The translations under genes and the position numbers were made by a program. The notes under the pieces are model-generated. The model had not been told where the DNA came from, made no database searches, and saw only the letters and a list, made by a program, of their open reading frames with translations. A stretch of DNA of 64,000 bases from Styela clava. Taxonomy: Eukaryota. Below, one piece after another: positions 51,505 to 64,000 of the stretch (its first letter is position 1; the number at the start of each line of letters is the position of its first letter). The stretch covers positions 11,160,001 through 11,224,000 of the forward strand of contig NC_135259.1 of the NCBI RefSeq assembly GCF_964204865.1, given 5' to 3'.

Positions 51505-54500
51505 TTCTCTTATTCTTTTTTTGTCCCTTGTGGTAAATACCTGCGAAAAAGTAGATTTCTAGTTTTGCAATGAGAGTCAGTCGTTCGTCAAAATTCAGAG
51601 AAAGAGAGTCTATTTAATGGTACCACCAAGTGCAACTGCTCTTTTTTGTACATGACAATGCTCACTTCTACCACGAGATATGAGTCACTTTCAAAAACAG
51701 AAGGAAGAGGATCTAATTTGAAGAATATACTAAAATCTCGGAAGACAAAATAGAATAACGACGAATACAAAATAATTGAACGCCTATGGTGACCTAAGAT
51801 ACTTATCGGCACTTACCGAATCCGTTGCTGCGATCAATGTCGATTAAATTGCTTCAAAATGCAAGGCAACTAGCGACGACAACTTGACCAACTGATGCTT
51901 CAGATAATGCATTAATAAATTTTCCCCGCGGCCACCTTGCAAATATTTAGGGTGGTAAAACAACAAACTTTTGAGTATACTGCCGATTCGATAAATACAA
52001 ATAAATGACTGACTAGGATCAAAATCGCAACAATGCCTTCAGGCATCTATGTGATGTTGAAATAAAACGAGCTAAATCAGCTAATAGTAATTATATCATG
52101 TAACAATTTCATATAGATTGAAAATTCCATCCTAATTTTCATTTAATTTGGCGGTTTAGGTAGTAATTCGGCGTGATCTTTACTTATAGGCAGATAATTA
52201 GAAGCACTACATGTCCCACGCATTTATAAATATAGTATAGGTTCTTCTGTTCAAGATAATTCGTTATTGTGTGATTCTCGATAATATTTATTTGATTCAA
52301 GTATAATATAAAGTGTTGGATAGTTAAATCGAAAAATTTTACCATAAACAAAACTCAACAATTATCATCATGAATGCCCTATAACCAGGGTTACCATATC
52401 GTGCTTATTTTTAAGATTTGTGCTTATTTTTTAACCCGCGCCCCTACAAAGTAACCATCTGCTTATTTCTAAGGCAAGTACCCCCCCCCCCCCCCCCCCA
52501 TTCAATGCTCTTCAGTAAACCATATTAAAACATGTACAGCTAGGTATGGGCACGGAATTGCAGTTCAATCAAGCAAAGTTGAATAAAAAGATTTTATACT
52601 GCGGAAGATTTGCGTTTGATATTTTCTCAAGGAGATCTTGAAGATATTTTCTGCAGCTAGTTCGCCACATGTAAAACTGAATATCCAACTGAATTTTTGC
52701 ACCACGCTAGAAATAGTGTCTATAACAAGGTAAAATATACTGCGGGCATAAATTACATGCGTCGCTTCCTGATAAGCTAGTAAAATCAGAATCCATCTGG
52801 TATTTTACAGTCGGAACACGTCCGTTTTGTTAAGTCTGATCGTGAGCTGAGCAATGATGCGCCTTAGAGGCTACAACCCGGTGTTAAGTAAGTGCTGATG
52901 GATTAAAAACATTTATACAGAACATGATATTTATATATATATATATATATATAATATACTCACTAAAAGAGTATGGATACATGAGACTACTATTGATATT
53001 AAGCCCTGCTATTTCACATGTTTTGGTGAATCGGAATACACGGCGCATATATGTTTGCCAAATGCAAACAAGCCGATTAGTCTAATCCCATTGCTCTGTA
53101 AAAGACTCCTATTTTTTCTTATCTCTTTGTGCACAGCAACCTTTGTACGCACTGTTGCTCAAGTAAAATTCACTGCTGTAGCAGACGCGCGCAAAACGTG
53201 CAGTTGTTCGGATTGTCTTACAGATCGCTATTTCAAATCTATTTAAGAATAAGATGAATTTCAATGTACGAGTTCTAGGCCAGCTGCGTTTGTCACTAGT
53301 GTTAGTGAATCTTAGGTACAGAGGGCTTGGGCAGATAAACAGACTACATTGAAAAGTCGAATTTCACGGATTTATTCATTGCAATAATAGACTGCGTTAC
53401 ACGACTGTTTAGTTTGAAGTTGCCTTCAAATAGTTTTAAAAATCAATAAACATATATATATATATGTCATATGAAATTATTTGAATGTGTTTTACGTTTT
53501 TGTTGTTGTACCAGATCGTATCAATGACACCAAAGTATCAAAGATTTTATTGTTGTTTATTGAGCAAATAGGGTATTTTTTCTGAAATACTCTTGTAATA
53601 GCTCCAACTGTCTATACCAGGGGTGTTATTACGTAACAAATGCAAGTTTTTCCGCTGCCAAGGTTCAAAAATGAAGTGTCGAATATCGCGTGTCTAGACT
53701 AGACTGACAAACGATCGATCCTTCAATAACTTCCAGAGTGTGCAAAAGGTATTGTCTAACTCCAAGAATAGTGTGATAAATTTTATTCGCAATGGTAGCA
53801 GTGGCATAAAAATGCCCAATTTGTTTTAATTCTAAGCAAGCGAAGAATCGCGTTTGGAGGAAATTGTAAATTAGATACTGAAGTTTGAGCAGTCATGTAA
53901 CATTTATGGTTTGAGAATATTCATTTTTCGCTGTTTGGATAATACTTGGCAAGGTTTCTTGAAGAATTTTCAACACTTCCGACTAAAAGTTAGGCACGCC
54001 ATTTATCTGAATTGTATTATTTAAATGAATAAATTAACATTTACTCCGGGAACAATTAAATAATCAAATCAACTACTTAAATGAAACATAAAAAATACAA
54101 ATTTTGTGTCGATTTTAATAATAATGTGCCCACAAAGCCTTCTTATTGGCCGCGGAGGAAGTTTTTGTATGCGTGTGCCGTGTGTGCAGTTATCTGCACA
54201 TTCAGTGCCCATTCGTTTTTGTTTAGGACCTTATTACCGATCAGTCGATCGCGATCTATTTTGAAGATTTTAGTCAATCGAGGTCGAAAGCAGGTTGGCC
54301 AGCCCTGGTCTATGCAATCTTCTAGAATCTAGACTAGACAACATTTCAACAGGAAAAATGCCAAAGTTGAATTTGAGCGGATATTCAAATATCAATTTAA
54401 ATTATTTAGTAGTTGTCTAAAAGACCTATTCAACGTTTAAATTACTTTGTGAAATAAAATTAAGAAACGCGACTTGCTGCATTTTCATATCACCAAGATA

Positions 54501-54621
54501 TGAATAGGATGGTAATATAAGAGGACTTTTAATGCATTGATTTCAAATTAATGTATGCATATCAGGTCTATACACAAGATCTTTCTTCTCGGTACATTAG
54601 TGTATAAGCTATTAAACACAG

Positions 54622-55320
54622 ATGGACAACCAAGCCAAGTTGGTCTGGGAGAAATGTAACACAGTGTATAACAAATGTGACGGAGAAAAAGCTTTGATGA
54701 AAGCTTATGATGAGTGGGCCACGGAATACGATCGCGACCTTGACGTTTTAAATTATAGTTCTCCAAATCAAGCTTCACAATGTGCCTTGAAATATTTAGG
54801 TTGTGGCGAATCGACAAAAATACTCGACGTTGCATGCGGCACTGGACTAGTCGGAGAATTTTTACGTAAAAACAATTTTAAAGGACTATTACATGGGATT
54901 GATGGCAGTGCTGAAATGCTTAATGTTGCCAGAAAAAAGGTGATCTATGATGATTTATTCACTCAATTTATCTTGCCTGGAAAGCCTATTATGCCTAGTC
55001 CAAGCTTGAAGTACGATGGTGTAATGTGCGTTGGAGCAATAACTAAGAATCATTTGGATCCCAAAGTATTGGAAGATTTTCTGAATGTTTTGATACCTGA
55101 AGGAATTATTTTGTTTGTTTTATCAAAAAGTAGAATCAATGTGGATGTGGCAAAAACTGTTGATGAAGTTTTAAAATGTCTGATTAATTCTGGAAAAATT
55201 GAAGAACTCGAAGTTCGCAGTATCGAAAGTGCATTTCAAATAGAAGACGACGATGTACCCAATAATATTCAGATTGAAACCTCCGCAAGTAATCACATTT
55301 ATTGCTATAAGAAAAAATAA
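54622..55320 (+). CDS. METTL27: Class I SAM-dependent methyltransferase, METTL27/WBSCR27-like, single coding exon (232 aa)
   Basis: YDEWATEYDRDLDVLNYSSP N-terminal signature, motif I ILDVACGTGLVG, GIDGSAEML, YDGVMCVGA. Confidence 0.85.
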   Translation: MDNQAKLVWEKCNTVYNKCDGEKALMKAYDEWATEYDRDLDVLNYSSPNQASQCALKYLGCGESTKILDVACGTGLVGEFLRKNNFKGLLHGIDGSAEMLNVARKKVIYDDLFTQFILPGKPIMPSPSLKYDGVMCVGAITKNHLDPKVLEDFLNVLIPEGIILFVLSKSRINVDVAKTVDEVLKCLINSGKIEELEVRSIESAFQIEDDDVPNNIQIETSASNHIYCYKKK

Positions 55321-57005
55321 ATGAAAATTTATTGATGATATTGACTAGTACAGGAGTTCTCAAACTTTTTCTGTTGTGGCCCATTTTTGTTGCACAAAAA
55401 TTTTGTGGTCTTTCAACTTTTCCATGCCAAGGTAAAACTACAAAAAAAATGTCTTCCCGCAATGTAGACACTCTCAATTTGATAACTGTAATCAAATCAC
55501 CATACTGTAACAAACGTCATCAGCAGCATTTATTGCTACTGCCATCAAAATTTAACTATAGTTACACAAATGAAACTAAATTAATCAATAAATCTTGCAA
55601 TTTTCAATGTGTTTGTGACCCAACTGAAAGTGTTTCTGTGGCTCATCAGTGAGCCATGGCCCCCAGGTTGAGAACCGGCGGTCTAGTAGATCCATAGACG
55701 AAGAAAATGTCTTCGCTATGTATTTCTTGATAAATATATTCTGAAGAAGCTATTTAGGTTTATGCATATAAGACAGGCATCCTAGTTCTACTATCAGAAT
55801 GCTAATACTGTTATGAATTATTGGTTGAACAATGCTAATTTTGGTTATCAAATATTGATTGAGATTTATAAGAAATAATGAATATGCGTCACATCGTTAA
55901 ATGAAAATTAGAGTCGAAACAAATTACAGTAAAATGTAGCCACAAGTTTAACATAGCTTTAACATTTTGCTCGAAAGTGTTCTTCGCTGCTTAGCCTATA
56001 CAATTGAGACACCAAGTGTTCGGACTTGTTTTTTACCTTTGTGGAGGAGGACTCACTATGTCAACACTCGTTCTGATCATATCCACCAGGTTCATTGAAT
56101 CTTTTACGCCTAAGTAGGGTACCCTTCATTGTCCCAATGAGGTCTACCTTTACTTCATAGACATCGTTGTTAACAGCTATTTATCAAACAATGATATTTC
56201 GTGAATGCAAATTCTTGGTAAAATGTAGGTCTTCAAAAAACAATTGCCCGAATATAGGTGCATCAAGAGATTTTCTTTCAGTAATGTACCTTTATGACAA
56301 ACTTATTTCGTGAAAATAATGTGCCTATTGTTGCAAAAAATGTTCCCGAGAAACTGCGCGTTAGCAAATGTTTACTAACACAAACATGAGAGTTTTTCTC
56401 AATATTTCTGTATTAACGTGATTGCAAGCTCTAGCTTGCGGCAAGAGGACCACCCTTTGCCAAAACCTGTTTCCGTGACCAATATGACTCAAACTGCTCT
56501 AGTATACGACCCAAGTCAGATAAAACTTATGTCAATTGGTTAAGTCGGAATTAAGCAAAACGAAAGACATTGACGAACCGTTTACATCAGTGTATACTTG
56601 TTAATTTTGATATATAATTCATTTACGGCTAATGAACGCCTACTTGCGACAATTGGCGAAGCACTACCTCCTCCTTATAGTGTATTTGAAAGCAATGTAG
56701 GTTATTAAGGTTCTTGTGACATGTATTCTGATTCAGAATTTCTGAATTATTTTCTTTAGATCTTAATATGTCTATTTAGTATACAGAGTAACCCTACAAG
56801 TATAATATGATAAACTTCAATAATTACTAAAACTGATTACATCATATATATTTTATGATGATTATTACATTTTATTCTATATAAAAGAGCTATACAAACT
56901 ACATTTGAAACATTACGCATCTATAACTACAGTAATGCTACGGAGTATTTTATTTTGTGAAATGATCCCAAATAGAGTCTGCATTAAAACAGTATAGAAA
57001 CCCAA

Positions 57006-59275
57006 TCAAATTTCACAAAGAAAGAAATACAACAAGGTGCAGATGTTGTCATTAACAGCCCATTGATAACCGTTATCCAGATGTCCGCACTCTTCTTTAC
57101 CCCTGGCATCATCTGGTTGCCCAGGTCGCCATATTGTATTGTTTTTGTTCGATGCTACACCGTCTGACCAAATCCACCTGCCTTCCATTTTTAGGTCATC
57201 GATTCCAATCCAAGTGTCAAGTCCAGTTGGCTGTACTAATTTAGGGATAATTTCACTGAAACAGAAAAATTGAGCTGCATGTCGTTGCGTTGATGTTTAC
57301 TGATTTTCGCTATTTTAAAATCAAAACTTTTATAAACTACCGCGTTTGGATGGGATGCTTTTTGGACACAAATGCGCAATCACTTGGCTAGTCCCTGAAT
57401 TTGTAATGGAACTAAAATTGGAATAAAATTATGGCCTAACCCTAACCTGGTACACATACTACGTTCCGGTGTCCGCCATCCTGGTTCACATACTTCAGGA
57501 GCGGGATTAATGTTTATATATCGAAATAAATTGTAACTTGACGTTACATAGTAAATAATCTGTCCTAGCAGACAATTGTTCAAAACCTGTTATTCGCTTG
57601 GAAAAGAACAATTTACGCGGACTTATTGCTATAGGCTCGAGAGCAAAAGGTTACTTTTTCATACTATAACCATAACCTGGAATGGGGCAAATATAAAAAT
57701 GTCTCAACGTTTTGACTATTTGCATCCACATACATTATTAGTGGTTTTACTCTTAGATTGATTTTGTTCAAGAACAAAAATATTCAATAGTTCATGTGAC
57801 GTTTCTTACTTTCTTATTTTTGGATTTCGTATTCCAGCAGACGCTAGTTTTGCTCCAAAACTCCTGCATTTATTGATTGCCGTAAAGTAGTTGACTTTTA
57901 AAGGAAACAGTTTGTAGTAGCGGTTGTTTTTTGCTTTGTACCATCCGGAAATACGCATCAGAGCTTCTACCTTTTCCCCAATATCAGAAATATCATCATA
58001 CTGAAAAAATAATAATACAGTGTATTGCTGTATAATATACATTTCAGAACAACTTGTTGAAAAGCAATGTCGTTACATATGCAGAGTGCGCACTTCGGCT
58101 CCACAGAAGGTATGGAGGCCACTCAGAAAGCGAAACACAAGCATAACGATACCCAGCAGCAAGATGTTGGAATTGTGATCTCACATACGCCGCTTACCGT
58201 ATCGATTAAAGCAATCTCCTTTTTGCTAAGAATGGCGTCTTTGAAGTCCATGTTCGCCAATTTCGCCGTGAAATTGTTTATCGTATCTAAAAAATACACC
58301 AAAAGTAATAATATTATATATGACATGTCGAATTGCCATAAATCCCAATTCAAATCCGAAATTTCCTCAAGTACAGATTTATCATGAAGAAAAAAATCAC
58401 GAAAACGGCTGACAATTAAGCATAATTAAAATCGGATTCACTCATTTATACCATTTTAAGTATAATCGATCGAATCCCCGGAGTCACATTGTCTGAACAA
58501 TCTGGTTAAGTATATGCCAACGTAATAACGATATTTCGCGACACATCCTCACAATGAACGTAATTTAACGTATAGTTAGTTATTTACCAATGCTCCATTT
58601 TTTCAACTGAGGAACACTAGTTTGCAGGTTAATAAAATAATTATAAACTTATTGACTTGAGATTGATATTGAAAGGTTGAACAAGCATATGACAAATTAG
58701 ATTTGTCTTAACTTTATACCTAGATGGGAAATTACGGGTTTAGGTTACAGTATTTGAATATTTTGAACTTGAACCATATTTTTTTTACATTTTTTAATAT
58801 CCTGTATGCTACAAACATATGTAGAAATATATCTGTAAAATAAATATTCTTATCATGAATGATTATGAAAATCACTTACTTTTGGTATCAGGATTGATTC
58901 TAATCTGTAAAAGAAGTATAGGTAAGTATCATACATATTTCTTATGATTTTCTTAACTCAATGTCGTTGTTCAAACACAATTACTCGTTTTCTAGAGCAA
59001 CATCGGTCAAATTTCCTATTAATTAAGTCAGGAACCTAGCATTCCCATTCATATTAAACAATTGCTTCCATTCAAAATTCAAATATATATTTTAGGTGAA
59101 AACAAAAATTATACTGCATTAAGTGCACCTCCATGATCACGACAAAAAATATAACCATCGTTATTATCTGCAATGATCCCAATGCGATTACTACATTGCG
59201 TGTATATCTATTTTCTCTTCTTTCCTCTTTCATTGTGACATAAAAGGAAACGGAGTCTTCTCCTGTAGGCCCCAT
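57006..59275 (-). CDS. Type II membrane C-type lectin with QPD (galactose-type) motif, ~233 aa
   Basis: Exons 59275-59129, 58904-58880, 58286-58198, 58000-57810, 57255-57006. N-terminal TM (VVIALGSLQIITMVIFFVVIM), coiled neck, CTLD with A..KCRSFGAKLAS, WIGIDD, EGRWIWSDG, WRPGQPDD, EEC, VNDNIC, FLCE. Confidence 0.88.
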
Positions 59276-59379
59276 TGTAATATCGTCAGTATGCTAGTTG
59301 AACGACTAACCGAGAAAAATATATAAGATAAAATTTTTGTAAGACATCGATACAGAAATAAAAGAACTACTACTCAAAT

Positions 59380-59751
59380 ATATGGACACGAAGAACAAAT
59401 ATTTTACCCACAATTTTTCAAAAAAAAAAAATCATATACTGTACGAAGATGCATGCAACCGCGCGGAATACCTACCCTAACCTACCAACGGGTACCCGTA
59501 CTGTCCTAGCCTAACCGGGTCATGTGACCATGATGATTCGTGCGTCTAGTGCCAGATTGAATCAAAATACCAAATGATTACCAAATTTAGGAACCATAAA
59601 ATAGACTTATATCGTCAACAATAATCTTTAACCACTGAAAATTTCAGAGCAAATGATCCAGTAATTAAGCGATTTCGTCACAACAATAAGAAACATACCA
59701 ACTCAACAACATATTAACAAAACGATCCATATGTCTACTTCGTGTCCAATA
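59380..59751. mobile_element. MITE-like element with TIRs (TATATGGACACGAAG ... CTTCGTGTCCAATA) just upstream of the C-type lectin gene
   Basis: Inverted termini. The left half is similar to 44605-44790 and the right half to ~1570-1710 and ~39330-39465. Confidence 0.65.
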
Positions 59752-62556
59752 AATCACTGTAACTTTGTCAGCAGCAATGTATTCAGACAGAAACAAAATT
59801 AAATTGCTCGTTGCGACTTTGAAGAGTTTCTGCTCAGTGTAGAAAATAGCCTACAAAATTTACTTACTAGCATTTGTTGTGACTAGTTTTGGTTCTTTTT
59901 CCGCATGGAATTTTTTTTCATTTCACTGCTTAAACTTTCTATAATCGATGTCTTGCACCAATGAATGAAGCCTACACTGTGGCCGTTGAGCGTTCAACAT
60001 ATGAAATTCAAAAACCGGAGCAATCATGCTCTTGATTATTTCCGGAATATAAGAATTTTGGTGAACAATCTGACAAAAGTTGGCAGTCGTGGAAACAATG
60101 TAGTTCAATTAGGTTCTCGCATTTCCAACCAATTAAAAGCGCAAAGTATCCAAAACTGTGTTGCCGATTATTGGTTGCCCCCGTATTATGCTGCAAATTT
60201 TATAGAACGGTTCAAAGTGCTTTGAACCCAATTCATGCATGTTTGATTTTGAACTATATCTTGTAAATGTTAATATTGAGTTTTTGGGCGCTCCAGAACT
60301 ATGTGTACCAATATGGAGGTAACTAATTTTGTTCGCCCATTTTATATCAAGTTGTGTAAAGGGACTAAAACCCATGGGCAGGTGGGATATCCACTTGGCT
60401 AACACAGACAGTCCCCGAACTCATAATAGAACTGAAATAAGGAAAATCGAAATAAAATTATAGCCCAACCCTAACCTGGTACACATACTACGGGAATACC
60501 GAATTTTATGGTATTGTATTTAAATAATTTTCAGAACTAATTGTCCCAGCATACAACTAATTGAAAATGACTTGTTTTTTATTATACAAAATCAGAAATC
60601 GAAATTATACTGGGAACTTCAACAATTTTCGTGAGTTTGCATCCGTTCACCATCAGTGTAAATACCAGACAAAACAATTTTATGCCCAAATTTTTTTCCC
60701 AAGAGTTTCAGTTATGTGGCATTCACTACCTCATAGCTGACGTAATGACACGGACTGCTCCAAGCCTAGTGTTAATCATTATTTACTAACGCGTAATTCT
60801 ACGCTATAATTATTTATAGTCTCAATGGCTCTTGACACTTTAGCTCAGAGGCATTGATCTAACTTGTACTCGCTTTGAGCAGGTTTCCTAATTAAAAAAA
60901 AAAGGTTAGATTTTAGGCCTAACTTCCGAATTAGTACCAAACAGCCGAACCTTCCCAAAAAGGAACTAAGCCATCAAACGCTAGTATATATTAAAGTGCT
61001 GTCTGCTCAAGGGTCACAATTTTAATCCGAATACAAAGATGAGCAAGCATGATAAGACTGACTGTTTCAACCTGATTAGATCTGATCATTAGAATTCGAT
61101 GCAAAAGAAATGTTTATTTTTCTAAAATAAAATATCGAAATCAACAACTTCTTTGCTGTGTTGGCAAAGATTGGTCCTGTCAAATCAGAGATCAAGCAAC
61201 AGGCTTCTGTCCCTGTTACTGCTATTATAGTAAGCAGTGATTATGTCCCGACAAGCTATGGAACGCTTTCGCCAATGGGCATCGGCATGGTATTAATAAA
61301 GATTCGTAGTTCTCACAAATTAATATGACGCGACGGACAGGTTGGAACCTTCCAGCATAAACTCACACAAGAGAGACAAGACATATTTGAAACATCTCAG
61401 TTATACAATGGTTGGTTTTTATATATTGAACAAAATTTCTATCATTTCTAACGGCAGGTCACGGCATTTTTTTTTCTTGATGTGCGATGAAGATTATGCT
61501 CTCCATTGAACGCAAGGTTTGGAGATCGCAGATAAGCTCCAGGCTGGTACTTCAAATTTTTTTTCTCATCCTCATTGCAAGGGTTTTCCATGTACGTCTA
61601 GTATTGCGTAACACGCATAATCTACACAGTACTCAAGCTCCCCCCCAATCACGAGCTCAAACTGTCTTTAGTCAATGAAACAAATCAAATTGATAGCCTT
61701 AACATTCCTGTCGCCGTTATCCCGAGCCGGATTAACACAATTAATTGTTGTCTCGCCATTTGCCTTCATTTCTTACTATTCAAATCAGGTAGTTACTGAA
61801 GAATGTTTGGCACACGAAGTCGCTTTCGTTTTGATTTATTCAGAAATTTGCACTCATACATTCAAACTTTTGCCGACCATTGCTGTAAGTTGCCGCACAA
61901 TATCTCTTTTCCTGTTTGAAACACTCGAATCTTTAGGTGAAGTTTGGCACAGAATCATAAAACTCTCTCTTACGTTTTTCTTAGTCTAGCTTACTTGCAT
62001 AAAATCCTCAAGTTTTTACTTTAAGACAATATTCAACCTGAACCTTAGCCTAGTACACAACCTGAGTTCAGGTTGTGCGTCATCTTGGTGCGCATACATC
62101 GGGAGGTCCCAATATTCTTTATATTTATCAATAACTTTTTAGATCTGGATATAAGCTAATTCAATCTCATTTTCGTTTGCATTTTAGTCAATTGTGCTTT
62201 AAAAAGAAAGTACTTCACTTGCGCAAATCATTATACATCCTTGCATTTCAACGATTATCATGCGATTATATATGTATGTTTAATATTGGAACAAATTTAT
62301 TCAAACAAACACTTCCTTAATCTCAGCTTGATTTTATTGCATAATAACATAGTTGATTGGTGATAATCAAAATATACTGAAACAAAAACTTTGAAGGCAC
62401 GAAAATGTTTTACACTTTAACATATAAAAAATCTAATGTCGTTTTGAGATCAAGAATATATCTCATAAAATCACGTTTTGGTATAATTATCTAAGAATAT
62501 TTATTTCATAGAAAATTAATTCATCTGATTTTTTTTCAAGCCTCTCGAATCATTTT

Positions 62557-63830
62557 TTAAATTTTCTCTGGTAATGACTCGAAAGTTATTTTTCCTTCGC
62601 TTGGATATGCAGGAGGAACTGGAGTGCTGGTGTGCCTGGAAATAGTAAAATCAATGATTACATGTTATTACACTATGTTTTGGTGCTTTAATAATCAACA
62701 TTGTGAATGTCTTCCGATATATAAAAAATAGGCTCAACTACTTGATATAATATATATCATTTGAATAACTTATTAATTATCGCTAATCTAAAATATAGTT
62801 TATGTATTTCAACCCACACAAGACTATATTCATGCAAAGTGCGCGCAATATGAGGCGATTCAGGCATACCGTCACATATGCTACCAAAAGGCTGAAAAAT
62901 ACTTCATATAATAAATGTTCAAAAAAACACTGTTTTTATGGTACGCTTGACGTCACAAATAACATGTGATATATGATACCCAATACGCCTGGCGGTATTT
63001 CCCATCTGTTTCAATACCAATTTTACTTACAGAGTTATGTTGTTTGCCACATGCTTCATGTTTTGTTTATGAGATTTTTGTACACAACATAGCACACTGG
63101 CCATCACGAGAAAGACGAATGTGGCACTTCCAACCGCCATTCCAGCAGCAGCTCCAACTGATATCATTGCTTCATCGTCATCTTGGTCGTTGTGACTGTC
63201 ATGATCATGGGCATGTTGCTCATGGTGTTCTTCATGATGTTCATGATGGCCGTCGTTATGTTCATGGGGTTCTTCATGGTTTTCATTATGATGTTCATCG
63301 TCATGATGTTCATGGTGGTCGCCATCGCGATAATCTTTGTCGTACTCATCGTTTTCGATATAATCGATTCCTGGTTGCCCACCATTATGTGATGCTGATT
63401 TTGCGAACTTCTCCGTTGAACGAGTGAAGGTGCCATTGCAGACGTCACCGTGAACCCAATTCATATCTGATATTAGAACAATACTGTATTACTTAGACCT
63501 TAGATTATCTAATTCATCCTTCATCAAAGCATGATTTGATCAAAGCACTACCCGTAAGTTTACAGACCTAGAGATTTATGATAGTTTGTGAGAGATAGCG
63601 AATTAATGTAGCTACTTAGGAAGAAAATGAAGTCTGTATAGTTTTTATACTTTTCAATTGATATGATTCTATTTCAAACCAGTTATTATTATTTGGTATT
63701 TTCTAGTTTATTACTTACCTTTAACAAGGACTGATACCATGATGGAATCGTGTTTGAGATAATGATGAGTGCTTGTAACATCATTGATAGGCATGAAGTT
63801 GGAATAGCCATAATATCCCTCTGGATCTGT
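62557..63830 (-). CDS. 3' part of a type I membrane protein: MATH-domain C-terminus (meprin-like), His/Asp/Glu-rich stalk, TM, cytoplasmic PPxY; 5' end lies beyond the window
   Basis: Exons 63830-63719 (TDPEGYYGYSNFMPINDVTSTHHYLKHDSIMVSVLVK, MATH-like end), 63466-63031 (His-rich stalk and TM), 62635-62557 (LHTSTPVPPAYPSEGKITFESLPEKI*); phase consistent. Confidence 0.7.
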
Positions 63831-64000
63831 CTGCAATGTACATCTAGTTACAAAAAAACTAAAAAATCACGTGCAGAAATACAATAACAGCGATAAAACC
63901 AGATCTTGTTCAAAAAACATGCAATATTTCATTACACCCTCAATGACAACGAATATTCGATACGACAATTAAATCGTGCATCCACTATATTTATCAAAAC

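Noticed and set aside
52380-53620. Possible decayed DNA-transposon (hAT-like) remnant; similar impression at ~19100-20700
   Set aside because: No intact ORF or recognisable transposase motif, and I could not verify paired termini.
62966-63448. His-rich and Met-rich ORFs 62966-63427(+), 63183-63392(+) and 63164-63448(-)
   Set aside because: Shadow frames of the CAT/GAT-rich real exon on the minus strand.

Overview
AT-rich, intron-containing animal DNA; the compact genes and abundant MITEs suggest a marine invertebrate, probably an ascidian (inference only). I assembled gene models by hand from splice sites and reading-frame phase. In order, the window holds: (1) a 16-exon gene for a secreted TSP1 + VioB/RebD/StaD-like + ferritin-like protein (~1215 aa), whose 3' end is duplicated in a 1028-bp tandem repeat; (2) two paralogous 9-exon genes mostly missed by the ORF track; (3) a two-domain Ly6/uPAR GPI-type protein; (4) a MITE/repeat-rich stretch; (5) two tandem intronless 7TM receptor genes from a recent segmental duplication; (6) a mosaic FN3-LU-EGF-PKD-mucin secreted protein; (7) an intronless METTL27-like methyltransferase; (8) a type II C-type lectin (QPD); (9) the 3' end of a MATH-domain membrane protein with a His/acid-rich stalk. 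The two 9-exon genes encode precursors of the form signal peptide / 8-Cys domain / acidic spacer / furin site / cationic Gly- and aromatic-rich Cys-free beta-hairpin-repeat peptide, resembling attacin/diptericin antimicrobial effectors. They are the most novel-looking feature, followed by the domesticated bacterial-type VioB-like enzyme.
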